A stretch of 64,000 nucleotides of DNA from Macrostomum hystrix. Its lineage: Eukaryota > Animalia > Platyhelminthes. The stretch lies in NCBI GenBank assembly GCA_950097015.1, contig CATNEN010000029.1, positions 992,001-1,056,000 of the forward strand, read 5' to 3'. Shown here in pieces: positions 46,906 to 60,716 of this stretch; the stretch's first letter is position 1, and every line of letters starts with the position of its first letter. The translations under genes and the position numbers were made by a program. Under the pieces are notes generated by a model. The model was not told where the DNA came from. It searched no databases and saw only the letters and a program-made list of their open reading frames with translations.

Positions 46906-49900
46906 TCTGGTTTAGCAATGATTCAAACGCTGGGTTAGCCATGATTCAAACTCTGGTTTTGCCATGATTCAAACTCTGGTTTAGCCATGATTCAAACTCT
47001 GGTTTAGCCATGATTCAGAATCTAGTTTAGCCATGATTCAGACGCTGGTTTAGCTATGATTCAAACTCTGGTTTAGCCATGATTCAGACGCAGGTTTAGC
47101 TATGATTTAAACTCTGGTTTAGCCATGATTCAGACTCTGGTGTAGCCATGATTCAGACTCTGGTTTAGCCATGATTCAGACTCTGGTTTAGCCATGATTC
47201 AGACTCTGGTTTAGCTATGAGCCATGATTCAGACTCTGGTGTAGCCATGATTCAGACTCTGGTGTAGCCATGATTCAGACTCTGGTTTAGCCATGATTCA
47301 AACTCTGTTTTAGCTATGATTCAAACTCTGGTTTTGCCATGATTCAGACGCTTGTTTAGCTATGATTCAAACTCTGGTTTAGCTATGATTCAGACTCTGG
47401 TTTAGCCATGATTCAAACTCTGGTTTAGCTATGATTTAAACTCTGGTTTAGCCATGATTCAGACTCTGGTTTAGCTATGATTCAAACTCTGGTTTAGCCA
47501 TGATTCAGACTCTGGTGTAGCCATGATTCTGACTCTGGTTTAGCCATGATTCAGACTCTGGTTTAGCTATGATTCAGACTCTGGTGTAGCCATGATTCAG
47601 ACTCTGGTTTAGCCATGATTCAGACTCTGGTGTAGCCATGATTCAGACTCTGGTTTAGCCATGATTCAGACTCTGGTTTAGCTATGATTCAAACTCTGGT
47701 TTAGCCATGATTCAGACTCTGGTTTAGCCATGATTCAGACTCTGGTTTAGCCATGATTCAAACTCTGGTTTAGCCATGATTCAGACTCTGGTTTAGCCAT
47801 GATTCAGACTCTGGTTTAGCCATGATCCAGACTCTGGTTTAGCCTTGATTCAGACTCTGGTTTAGCCATGATTTAGACTCTGGTGTAGCCATGATTCAGA
47901 CTCTGGTTTAGCCATGATTCAGACTCTGGTTTAGCCATGATTCAGACTCTGGTTTAGCCATGATTCAGACTCTGGTTTAGCCATGATTCAGACTCTGGTT
48001 TAGCCATGATTCAGACTCTGGTGTAGCCATGATTCAGACTCTGGTTTAGCCATGATCCAGACTCTGATTTAGCCATGATTCAGACTCTGGTGTAGCCATG
48101 ATTCAGACTCTGGTGTAGCCATGATTCAGACTCTGGTGTAGCCATGATTCAGATTCTGGTTTAGCCATGATTCAGACTCTGGTTTAGCCATGATTCAGAC
48201 TCTGGTTTAGCCATGATTCAGACTCTGGTTTAGCCATGATTCAGACTCTGGTTTAGCCATGATTCAGACTCTGGTTTAGCCATGATTCAGACTCTGGTGT
48301 AGCCATGATTCAGACTCTGGTTTAGCCATGATTCAAACTCTGTTTTAGCTATAATTCAAACTCTGGTTTTGCCATGATTCAGACGCTTGTTTAGCTATGA
48401 TTCAAACTCTGGTTTAGCCATGATTCAAACTCTGGTTTAGCTATGATTTAAACTCTGGTGTAGCCATGATTCAGACTCTGGTTTAGCTATGATTCAAACT
48501 CTGGTTTAGCCATGATTCAGACTCTGGTTTAGCCATGATTCTGACTCTGGTTTAGCCATGATTCAGACTCTGGTTTAGCTATGATTCAAGACTCTGGTGT
48601 AGCCATGATTCAGACTCTGGTTTAGCCATGATTCAGACTCTGGTGTAGCCATGATTCAGACTCTGGTTTAGCCATGATTCAGACTCTGGTTTAGCTATGA
48701 TTCAAACTCTGGTTTAGCCATGATTCAGACTCTGGTTTAGCCATGATTCAGACTCTGGTTTAGCCATGATTCAAACTCTGGTTTAGCCATGATTCAGACT
48801 CTGGTTTAGCCATGATTCAGACTCTGGTTTAGCCATGATCCAGACTCTGGTTTAGCCTTGATTCAGACTCTGGTTTAGCCATGATTTAGACTCTGGTGTA
48901 GCCATGATTCAGACTCTGGTTTAGCCATGATTCAGACTCTGGTTTAGCCATGATTCAGACTCTGGTTTAGCCATGATTCAGACTCTGGTTTAGCCATGAT
49001 CCAGACTCTGATTTAGCCATGATTCAGACTCTGGTGTAGCCATGATTCAGACTCTGGTGTAGCCATGATTCAGACTCTGGTGTAGCCATGATTCAGATTC
49101 TGGTTTAGCCATGATTCAGACTCTGGTTTAGCCATGATTCAGACTCTGGTTTAGCCATGATTCAGACTCTGGTTTAGCCATGATTCAGACTCTGGTGTAG
49201 CCATGATTCAGACTCTGGTTTAGCCATGATTCAGACTCTGGTGTAGCCATGATTCAGACTCTGGTTTAGCCATGATTCAAACTCTGTTTTAGCTATAATT
49301 CAAACTCTGGTTTTGCCATGATTCAGACGCTTGTTTAGCTATGATTCAAACTCTGGTTTAGCCATGATTCAAACTCTGGTTTAGCTATGATTTAAACTCT
49401 GGTGTAGCCATGATTCAGACTCTGGTTTAGCTATGATTCAAACTCTGGTTTAGCCATGATTCAGACTCTGGTTTAGCTATGATTCAAACTCTGGTTTAGC
49501 CATGATTCAGACTCTGGTTTAGCCATGATTCAGACTCTGGTGTAGCCATGATCCAGACTCTGGTTTAGCCATGATTCAGACTCTGGTTTAGCCATGATTC
49601 AGACTCTGGTTTAGCCATGATTCAGACTCTGGTGTAGCCATGATTCAGACTCTGGTTTAGCCATGATTCAAACTCTGTTTTAGCTATAATTCAAACTCTG
49701 GTTTTGCCATGATTCAGACGCTTGTTTAGCTATGATTCAAACTCTGGTTTAGCCATGATTCAAACTCTGGTTTAGCTATGATTTAAACTCTGGTGTAGCC
49801 ATGATTCAGACTCTGGTTTAGCTATGATTCAAACTCTGGTTTAGCCATGATTCAGACTCTGGTTTAGCCATGATTCTGACTCTGGTTTAGCCATGATTCA

Positions 49901-52900
49901 GACTCTGGTTTAGCTATGATTCAGACTCTGGTGTAGCCATGATTCAGACTCTGGTTTAGCCATGATTCAGACTCTGGTTTAGCCATGATTCAGACTCTGG
50001 TTTAGCCATGATTCAGACTCTGGTTTAGCTATGATTCAAACTCTGGTTTAGCCATGATTCAGACTCTGGTTTAGCCATGATTCAGACTCTGGTTTAGCCA
50101 TGATTCAAACTCTGGTTTAGCCATGATTCAGACTCTGGTTTAGCCATGATTCAGACTCTGGTTTAGCCATGATCCAGACTCTGGTTTAGCCTTGATTCAG
50201 ACTCTGGTTTAGCCATGATTCAGACTCTGGTGTAGCCATGATTCAGACTCTGGTTTAGCCATGATTCAGACTCTGGTTTAGCCATGATTCAGACTCTGGT
50301 GTAGCCATGATTCAGACTCTGGTTTAGCCATGATTCAGACTCTGGTGTAGCCATGATTCAGACTCTGGTTTAGCCATGATTCAAACTCTGTTTTAGCTAT
50401 AATTCAAACTCTGGTTTTGCCATGATTCAGACGCTTGTTTAGCTATGACTCAAACTCTGGTTTAGCCATGATTCAAACTCTGGTTTAGCTATGATTTAAA
50501 CTCTGGTGTAGCCATGATTCAAACTCTGGTTTAGCTATGATTCAAACTCTGGTTTAGCCATGATTCAAACTCTGGTTTAGCTATGATTTAAACTCTGGTT
50601 TAGCCATGATTCAGACTCTGGTTTAGCTATGATTCAAACTCTGGTTTAGCCATGATTCAGACTCTGGTTTAGCCATGATTCTGACTCTGGTTTAGCCATG
50701 ATTCAGACTCTGGTTTAGCTATGATTCAGACTCTGGTTTAGCCATGATTCAGACTCTGGTTTAGCCATGATTCAGACTCTGGTGTAGCCATGATCCAGAC
50801 TCTGGTTTAGCCATGATTCAGACTCTGGTTTAGCTATGATTCAAACTCTGGTTTAGCCATGATTCAGACTCTGGTTTAGCCATGATTCAGACTCTGGTTT
50901 AGCCATGATTCAAACTCTGGTTTAGCCATGATTCAGACTCTGGTTTAGCCATGATTCAGACTCTGGTTTAGCCATGATCCAGACTCTGGTTTAGCCTTGA
51001 TTCAGACTCTGGTTTAGCCATGATTCAGACTCTGGTTTAGCCATGATTCAGACTCTGGTTTAGCCATGATTCAGACTCTGGTTTAGCCATGATTCAGACT
51101 CTGGTTTAGCCATGATCCAGACTCTGATTTAGCCATGATTCAGACTCTGGTGTAGCCATGATTCAGACTCTGGTGTAGCCATGATTCAGACTCTGGTGTA
51201 GCCATGATTCAGATTCTGGTTTAGCCATGATTCAGACTCTGGTTTAGCCATGATTCAGACTCTGGTTTAGCCATGATTCAGACTCTGGTTTAGCCATGAT
51301 TCAGACTCTGGTTTAGCCATGATTCAGACTCTGGTTTAGCCATGATTCAGACTCTGGTGTAGCCATGATTCAGACTCTGGTTTAGCCATGATTCAAACTC
51401 TGTTTTAGCTATAATTCAAACTCTGGTTTTGCCATGATTCAGACGCTTGTTTAGCTATGATTCAAACTCTGGTTTAGCCATGATTCAAACTCTGGTTTAG
51501 CTATGATTTAAACTCTGGTGTAGCCATGATTCAGACTCTGGTTTAGCTATGATTCAAACTCTGGTTTAGCCATGATTCAGACTCTGGTTTAGCCATGATT
51601 CTGACTCTGGTTTAGCCATGATTCAGACTCTGGTTTAGCTATGATTCAGACTCTGGTGTAGCCATGATTCAGACTCTGGTTTAGCCATGATTCAGACTCT
51701 GGTGTAGCCATGATTCAGACTCTGGTTTAGCCATGATTCAGACTCTGGTTTAGCTATGATTCAAACTCTGGTTTAGCCATGATTCAGACTCTGGTTTAGC
51801 CATGATTCAGACTCTGGTTTAGCCATGATTCAAACTCTGGTTTAGCCATGATTCAGACTCTGGTTTAGCCATGATTCAGACTCTGGTTTAGCCATGATCC
51901 AGACTCTGGTTTAGCCTTGATTCAGACTCTGGTTTAGCCATGATTTAGACTCTGGTGTAGCCATGATTCAGACTCTGGTTTAGCCATGATTCAGACTCTG
52001 GTTTAGCCATGATTCAGACTCTGGTTTAGCCATGATTCAGACTCTGGTTTAGCCATGATCCAGACTCTGATTTAGCCATGATTCAGACTCTGGTGTAGCC
52101 ATGATTCAGACTCTGGTGTAGCCATGATTCAGACTCTGGTGTAGCCATGATTCAGATTCTGGTTTAGCCATGATTCAGACTCTGGTTTAGCCATGATTCA
52201 GACTCTGGTTTAGCCATGATTCAGACTCTGGTTTAGCCATGATTCAGACTCTGGTGTAGCCATGATTCAGACTCTGGTTTAGCCATGATTCAGACTCTGG
52301 TGTAGCCATGATTCAGACTCTGGTTTAGCCATGATTCAAACTCTGTTTTAGCTATAATTCAAACTCTGGTTTTGCCATGATTCAGACGCTTGTTTAGCTA
52401 TGATTCAAACTCTGGTTTAGCCATGATTCAAACTCTGGTTTAGCTATGATTTAAACTCTGGTGTAGCCATGATTCAGACTCTGGTTTAGCTATGATTCAA
52501 ACTCTGGTTTAGCCATGATTCAGACTCTGGTTTAGCCATGATTCTGACTCTGGTTTAGCCATGATTCAGACTCTGGTTTAGCCATGATTCAGACTCTGGT
52601 TTAGCCATGATTCAGACTCTGGTTTAGCCTTGATTCAGACTCTGGTTTAGCCATGATTCAGACTCTGGTTTAGCCATGATCCAGACTCTGGTGTAGCCAT
52701 GATCCAGACTCTGGTTTAGCCATGATTCAGACTCTGGTTTAGCCATGATTCAGACTCTGGTTTAGCCATGATTCAGACTCTGGTGTAGCCATGATTCAGA
52801 CTCTGGTTTAGCCATGATTCAAACTCTGTTTTAGCTATAATTCAAACTCTGGTTTTGCCATGATTCAGACGCTTGTTTAGCTATGATTCAAACTCTGGTT

Positions 52901-55900
52901 TAGCCATGATTCAAACTCTGGTTTAGCTATGATTTAAACTCTGGTGTAGCCATGATTCAGACTCTGGTTTAGCTATGATTCAAACTCTGGTTTAGCCATG
53001 ATTCAGACTCTGGTTTAGCCATGATTCTGACTCTGGTTTAGCCATGATTCAGACTCTGGTTTAGCCATGATTCAGACTCTGGTGTAGCCATGATTCAGAC
53101 TCTGGTTTAGCCATGATTCAAACTCTGTTTTAGCTATAATTCAAACTCTGGTTTTGCCATGATTCAGACGCTTGTTTAGCTATGATTCAAACTCTGGTTT
53201 AGCCATGATTCAAACTCTGGTTTAGCTATGATTTAAACTCTGGTGTAGCCATGATTCAGACTCTGGTTTAGCTATGATTCAAACTCTGGTTTAGCCATGA
53301 TTCAGACTCTGGTTTAGCCATGATTCTGACTCTGGTTTAGCCATGATTCAGACTCTGGTTTAGCTATGATTCAGACTCTGGTGTAGCCATGATTCAGACT
53401 CTGGTTTAGCCATGATTCAGACTCTGGTGTAGCCATGATTCAGACTCTGGTTTAGCCATGATTCAGACTCTGGTTTAGCTATGATTCAAACTCTGGTTTA
53501 GCCATGATTCAGACTCTGGTTTAGCCATGATTCAGACTCTGGTTTAGCCATGATTCAAACTCTGGTTTAGCCATGATTCAGACTCTGGTTTAGCCATGAT
53601 TCAGACTCTGGTTTAGCCATGATCCAGACTCTGGTTTAGCCTTGATTCAGACTCTGGTTTAGCCATGATTTAGACTCTGGTGTAGCCATGATTCAGACTC
53701 TGGTTTAGCCATGATTCTGACTCTGGTTTAGCCATGATTCAGACTCTGGTTTAGCCATGATTCAGACTCTGGTTTAGCCATGATTCAGACTCTGATTTAG
53801 CCATGATTCAGACTCTGGTGTAGCCATGATTCAGACTCTGGTGTAGCCATGATTCAGACTCTGGTGTAGCCATGATTCAGATTCTGGTTTAGCCATGATT
53901 CAGACTCTGGTTTAGCCATGATTCAGACTCTGGTTTAGCCATGATTCAGACTCTGGTTTAGCCATGATTCAGACTCTGGTGTAGCCATGATTCAGACTCT
54001 GGTTTAGCCATGATTCAGACTCTGGTGTAGCCATGATTCAGACTCTGGTTTAGCCATGATTCAAACTCTGTTTTAGCTATAATTCAAACTCTGGTTTTGC
54101 CATGATTCAGACGCTTGTTTAGCTATGATTCAAACTCTGGTTTAGCCATGATTCAAACTCTGGTTTAGCTATGATTTAAACTCTGGTGTAGCCATGATTC
54201 AGACTCTGGTTTAGCTATGATTCAAACTCTGGTTTAGCCATGATTCAGACTCTGGTTTAGCTATGATTCAAACTCTGGTTTAGCCATGATTCAGACTCTG
54301 GTTTAGCCATGATTCTGACTCTGGTTTAGCCATGATTCAGACTCTGGTTTAGCCATGATTCAGACTCTGGTTTAGCCATGATTCAGACTCTGGTTTAGCC
54401 TTGATTCAGACTCTGGTTTAGCCATGATTCAGACTCTGGTTTAGCCATGATTCAGACTCTGGTGTAGCCATGATCCAGACTCTGGTTTAGCCATGATTCA
54501 GACTCTGGTTTAGCCATGATTCAGACTCTGGTTTAGCCATGATTCAGACTCTGGTGTAGCCATGATTCAGACTCTGGTTTAGCCATGATTCAAACTCTGT
54601 TTTAGCTATAATTCAAACTCTGGTTTTGCCATGATTCAGACGCTTGTTTAGCTATGATTCAAACTCTGGTTTAGCCATGATTCAAACTCTGGTTTAGCTA
54701 TGATTTAAACTCTGGTGTAGCCATGATTCAGACTCTGGTTTAGCTATGATTCAAACTCTGGTTTAGCCATGATTCAGACTCTGGTTTAGCCATGATTCTG
54801 ACTCTGGTTTAGCCATGATTCAGACTCTGGTTTAGCTATGATTCAGACTCTGGTGTAGCCATGATTCAGACTCTGGTTTAGCTATGATTCAAACTCTGGT
54901 TTAGCCATGATTCAGACTCTGGTTTAGCCATGATTCAGACTCTGGTTTAGCCATGATTCAAACTCTGGTTTAGCCATGATTCAGACTCTGGTTTAGCCAT
55001 GATTCAGACTCTGGTTTAGCCATGATCCAGACTCTGGTTTAGCCTTGATTCAGACTCTGGTTTAGCCATGATTTAGACTCTGGTGTAGCCATGATTCAGA
55101 CTCTGGTTTAGCCATGATTCAGACTCTGGTTTAGCCATGATTCAGACTCTGGTGTAGCCATGATTCAGACTCTGGTTTAGCCATGATTCAAACTCTGTTT
55201 TAGCTATAATTCAAACTCTGGTTTTGCCATGATTCAGACGCTTGTTTAGCTATGATTCAAACTCTGGTTTAGCCATGATTCAAACTCTGGTTTAGCTATG
55301 ATTTAAACTCTGGTGTAGCCATGATTCAGACTCTGGTTTAGCTATGATTCAAACTCTGGTTTAGCCATGATTCAGACTCTGGTTTAGCCATGATTCTGAC
55401 TCTGGTTTAGCCATGATTCAGACTCTGGTTTAGCTATGATTCAGACTCTGGTGTAGCCATGATTCAGACTCTGGTTTAGCTATGATTCAAACTCTGGTTT
55501 AGCCATGATTCAGACTCTGGTTTAGCCATGATTCAGACTCTGGTTTAGCCATGATTCAAACTCTGGTTTAGCCATGATTCAGACTCTGGTTTAGCCATGA
55601 TTCAGACTCTGGTTTAGCCATGATCCAGACTCTGGTTTAGCCTTGATTCAGACTCTGGTTTAGCCATGATTTAGACTCTGGTGTAGCCATGATTCAGACT
55701 CTGGTTTAGCCATGATTCAGACTCTGGTTTAGCCATGATTCAGACTCTGGTGTAGCCATGATTCAGACTCTGGTTTAGCCATGATTCAGACTCTGGTGTA
55801 GCCATGATTCAGACTCTGGTTTAGCCATGATTCAAACTCTGTTTTAGCTATAATTCAAACTCTGGTTTTGCCATGATTCAGACGCTTGTTTAGCTATGAT

Positions 55901-56378
55901 TCAAACTCTGGTTTAGCCATGATTCAAACTCTGGTTTAGCTATGATTTAAACTCTGGTGTAGCCATGATTCAGACTCTGGTTTAGCTATGATTCAAACTC
56001 TGGTTTAGCCATGATTCAGACTCTGGTTTAGCTATGATTCAAACTCTGGTTTAGCCATGATTCAGACTCTGGTTTAGCCATGATTCTGACTCTGGTTTAG
56101 CCATGATTCAGACTCTGGTTTAGCCATGATTCAGACTCTGGTTTAGCCATGATTCAGACTCTGGTTTAGCCTTGATTCAGACTCTGGTTTAGCCATGATT
56201 CAGACTCTGGTTTAGCCATGATTCAGACTCTGGTGTAGCCATGATCCAGACTCTGGTTTAGCCATGATTCAGACTCTGGTTTAGCCATGATTCAGACTCT
56301 GGTTTAGCTATGATTCAGACTCTGGTTTAGCCATGATTCAGACTCTGGTTTAGCCATGATTCAAACTCTGTTTTAGCC
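46906..56378. repeat. 23-bp satellite GCCATGATTCAGACTCTGGTTTA (~410 units) with higher-order repeats
   Basis: Period 23, with variant cassettes recurring throughout. Confidence 0.98.
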
Positions 56379-57074
56379 GGTGTGCTATGATTTATGATAT
56401 TTTATTTACGAAATGAAAAAAATGATATAAAATAGTCTTCAATCACTACTGGCTGAAAATTAGTCTAAATGATTTGATGCAGTGCAGAATCGAACCCTAG
56501 CCTAGCCTAACCTATTCCTGGTGCCTACACATCGGCTATTCCGACTGTTGGTTAGTGGGTGCAAAAATCAGCCTTATAAAATGAATTCTCAAAGTTCTGG
56601 CTTTGTACAATGAAGTAAGAAAATAGAGTACACTCAGTCTTGCGGTTGGTTGTGTACATTTATTTCCAATTTGTCTCCAGAGTGCAGGCTTCAAATTCAA
56701 TCAGCTAGGGGTTGTTGCGCAATTTGACGATGCAATTCTAATTCAGTGGCAGTGAGTTAAAATTCTCAATAGGCCAAGATGGTTTGACCTTTGACAAAAT
56801 CATGTTTTTCGAATATTTAATCCCCTTGGCAATAAAGTTAAGCTTAATAAAAATGAGTGTAAAATTCTGCCCATATTTCGCATATTTTGGTGAAGAAATG
56901 GTGAAAATCGGTTGAGCCGTTCGGGAGAAAATCAATTACAACCAAGTAAGTAAACAGTTCATTTTTAGTATATTAGACTAGCAAGTTTTGCCCCCCTTCG
57001 GGGAGCAGAAATACTTTTAATTCGTCTAGTATATACTTTTTAGCAGCTGAATTTACAGCTTTTTAAAGCTACAA

Positions 57075-59040
57075 TGAACCCCCAGTTGACAATGATCCCC
57101 CAGTTGACAATGAACCCCCAGTTGACAATGAACCCCCAGTTCACAACGATCCCCCAGTTGACAATGGTCCCCCAGTTGACAATGATCACACAGTTGACAA
57201 TGATCCCCCAGTTGACAAAGATCCCCCAGTTCACAATGATCCCCCAGTTGATGATGATCCCCCAGTTGATGATGATCCCCCAGTTGAAAATGATCCCCCA
57301 GTTGACAATGATCCCCCAGTTGAGAATGATCCCCCAGTTGACAATGATCCCCCAGTTCACAATGATCCCCCAGTTGATGATGATCCCCCAGTTGATGATG
57401 ATCCCCCAGTTGAAAATGATCCCCCAGTTGACAATGATCCCCCAGTTGAGAATGATCCCCCAGTTGACAATGATCCCCCAGTTGACAAAGATCCCCCAGT
57501 TCACAATGATCCCCCAGTTGATGAAGTCTCCCCATTGATGATGATCCCCAGTTAACAATGTTCCTCCAGTTGACAATGTTCCCCCATTGATGATGATCCC
57601 CAGTTGATGATGATCACCCAGTTGACAATGTTTCCCCAGTTGACAATGATCCCCCAGTTGATGATGATCACCCAGTTGACAATGATCCCCCAGTTGACAA
57701 TGAACCCCCAGTTGACAACGATCCCCCAGTTGACAATGATCCCCCAGTTGACAATGATCCCCCAGTTGACAATGATCCCCCAGTTAACAAAGATCCCCCA
57801 GTTCACAATGATCCCCCAGTTGATGAAGTCTCCCCATTGATGATGATCCCCAGTTAACAATGTTCCTCCAGTTGACAATTTTTCCCCAGTTGACAATGAT
57901 CCCCCAGTTGATGATGATCACCCAGTTGACAATGATCCCCCAGTTGACAATGAACCCCCAGTTGACAACGATCCCCCAGTTGACAATGATACCCCAGTTG
58001 ACAATGATCCCCCAGTTGACAATGATCCCACAGTTGACAATGATCCCCCAGTTGACAAAGATCCCCCAGTTCACAATGATCCCACAGTTGACAAAGATCC
58101 CCCAGTTCACAATGATCCCCCAGTTGATGAAGATCCCCCAGTTGATGATAATCCCAAGTTGATGATGATTCCCCAGTTGACAATTATCCCCCAGTTGACC
58201 ATTACCCCCAGTTGACAATGATCCCTTAGTTCACAATGATCCCCCACTTGACAATGATCCCCCAGTTCACAATGATCCCCCAGTTGATGAAGTCTCCCCA
58301 TTGATGATGATCCCCAGTTAACAATGTTCCTCCAGTTGACAATGTTTCCCCAGTTGACAATGATCCCCCAGTTGATGATGATCACCCAGTTGACAATGAT
58401 CCCCCAGTTGACAATGAACCCCCAGTTGACAACGATCCCCCAGTTGACAATGATACCCCAGTTGACAATGATCCCCCAGTTGACAATGATCCCACAGTTG
58501 ACAATGATCCCCCAGTTGACAAAGATCCCCCAGTTCACAATGATCCCACAGTTGACAAAGATCCCCCAGTTCACAATGATCCCCCAGTTGATGAAGATCC
58601 CCCAGTTGATGATAATCCCAAGTTGATGATGATTCCCCAGTTGACAATTGTCCCCCAGTTGACCATTACCCCCAGTTGACAATGATCCCTTAGTTCACAA
58701 TGATCCCCCACTTGACAATGATCCCCCAGTTGACAATGATCCCACAGTTGACAATGATCCCCCAGTTGACAAAGATCCCCCAGTTCACAATGATCCCCCA
58801 GTTGATGATTATCCCCCAGTTGATGATGATCCCCAGTTGATGATGATCACCCAGTTGACAATGATCCCCAAGTTGACCATTACCCCCTAGTTGACAATGA
58901 TCCCCCAGTTCACAACGATCCCCCAGTTGACAATGATCCCCCAGTTGACAATTATCCTCCAGTTTACCAAGATCCTCCAGTTGACGATTATCCCCCAGTT
59001 TACCTTGATCCCCATTTTGATGATGACTCCCCAGTTGACG
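57075..59040. repeat. 18-bp minisatellite (Helitron unit 2)
   Basis: Expanded, with internal block duplications. Confidence 0.95.
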
Positions 59041-59044
59041 TTGA

Positions 59045-60125
59045 TTTTTCAAACGCTGGGTTAGCCAAGATTCAAACTCAGGTTTCGCCATGTTTTAAAC
59101 CCTGGTGGGCTATGATTCAAACTCTCGTTTTACCATGATTCAAACTCTAATTTAGCTATGATTCAAACTCTGGTTTAGCCATGATTCAAACTCTGGTTTA
59201 GCCATGATTCAAACTCTGGTTTAGCCATGATTCAAACTCTGGTTTAGCCATGATTCAAACTCTGGTTTAGCCATGATTCAAACTCTGGTTTAGCCATGAT
59301 TCAAACTCTGGTTTAGCCATGATTCAAACTCTGGTTAAGCCATGATTCAGACTCTGGTTTAGCCATGATTTAAACTCTGGTTTAGCCATGATTCAAACTC
59401 TGGTTTTGCCATGATTCAAACTCTGCTTTTGCCATGATTCAAGCTCTGGTTTAGCCATGATTCAGACTCTGGTTTAGCCATGATTTAAACTCTGGTTTAG
59501 CCATGATTCAAACTCTGGTTTAGCCATGATTCAAACTCTGCTTTAGCCATGATTCAGACGCTGGTTTAGCCATGATTCAGACGCTGGTTTTGCCATGATT
59601 CAAGCTCTGGTTTAGCCATGATTCAGACTCTGGTTTAGCCATGATTCAAACTCTGGTTTAGCCATGATTCAGACTCTGGTTTAGCCATGATTCAAACTCT
59701 GGTTTAGCAATGATTCAGACGCTGGTTTAGCCATGATTCAGACGGTGGTTTTGCCATGATTCAAGCTCTGGTTTAGCCATGATTCAGACTCTGGTTTTGC
59801 CATGATTCAAACTCTGGTTTAGCCATGATTCAGACTCTGGTTTAGCCATGATTCAAACTCTGGTTTAGCCATGATTCGGACTCTGGTTTAGCCATGATTC
59901 AAACTCTGGTTTAGCAATGATTCAGACTCTGGTTTTGCCATGATTGAAGCTCTGGTTTAGCCATGATTCAGACTCTGGTTTAGCCATGATTCAGACTCCA
60001 GTTTAGCCATGATTCAGACTCTGGTTTAGCCATGATTCAAGCTCTGGTTTAGCCATGATTCAGACGCTGGTTTAGCCATGATTCAAGCTCTATTTTTGCC
60101 ATGATTCAAACTCAGGTTTGCTATG
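59045..60125. repeat. 23-bp minisatellite (Helitron unit 2)
   Basis: About 46 units. Confidence 0.95.
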
Positions 60126-60716
60126 ATTTATGATATTTTATTTACGAAATGAAAAAAAAAATCAAAATAATCTTCAATCACTACTGGCTGAAAATTAGTC
60201 TAAATGATTTGACGCAGTGCAGAATCGAACCCTAGCCTAGCCTATAACCTATTCCTAGTGCCTACACATCGGCTATTCCGACTGTTGGTTGGTGGGTGCA
60301 AAAATCAGCCTTATAAAATGAATTCTCAAAGTTCTGGCTTTGTACAATGAAGTGAGAAAATAGAGTACACTCAGTCTCGCGGTTGGTTGTGTACATTGAT
60401 TTCAAATTTGTCTCCAGAGTGCAGGCTTCTAACTCAGTCAGCGAGGGGGTGTTGCGCAATTTGACGATGCAATTCCAATTCAGCGGCAGTGAGTAAAATT
60501 CTCAATAGGCCAAGATGGTTTGACCTTTGAAAAATCATGTTTTTCGAATATTTAATCCCTTTAGCAATAAAGTTAGGCTTAATAAAAATACGTGTAAAAT
60601 TGTCCCCATATTTGGCATCTTTTGGTGAAGAAATGGTGAAAATCGGTTGAGCCGTTCGGAAGAAAATCAATTACAACCAACCAACCAACCAACCATTTCA
60701 TTTTTAGTATAGTGGA

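Larger units (their letters stand above)
45989..56977 (-). mobile_element. Non-autonomous Helitron unit 1 (~11.0 kb)
   Basis: Minus strand starts TC (TCTAATATACTAAAAATG) and ends with hairpin GCTCCCCGAAGGGGGGC about 12 nt before CTAG, followed by T. Interior: ~600 bp unique, 23-bp array, 18-bp array. Confidence 0.85.
56978..60716 (-). mobile_element. Non-autonomous Helitron unit 2 (~3.74 kb)
   Basis: Same hairpin and CTAG 3' end at 56978; 5' TCCACTATACTAAAAATG at 60716. The unique segment 60125-60716 is homologous to 56380-56977. Confidence 0.85.

Noticed and set aside
46906-56378. Regular 20-37-bp repeats superficially resembling CRISPR arrays
   Set aside because: Units are contiguous with no unique spacers, there are no cas genes, and the context is eukaryotic.
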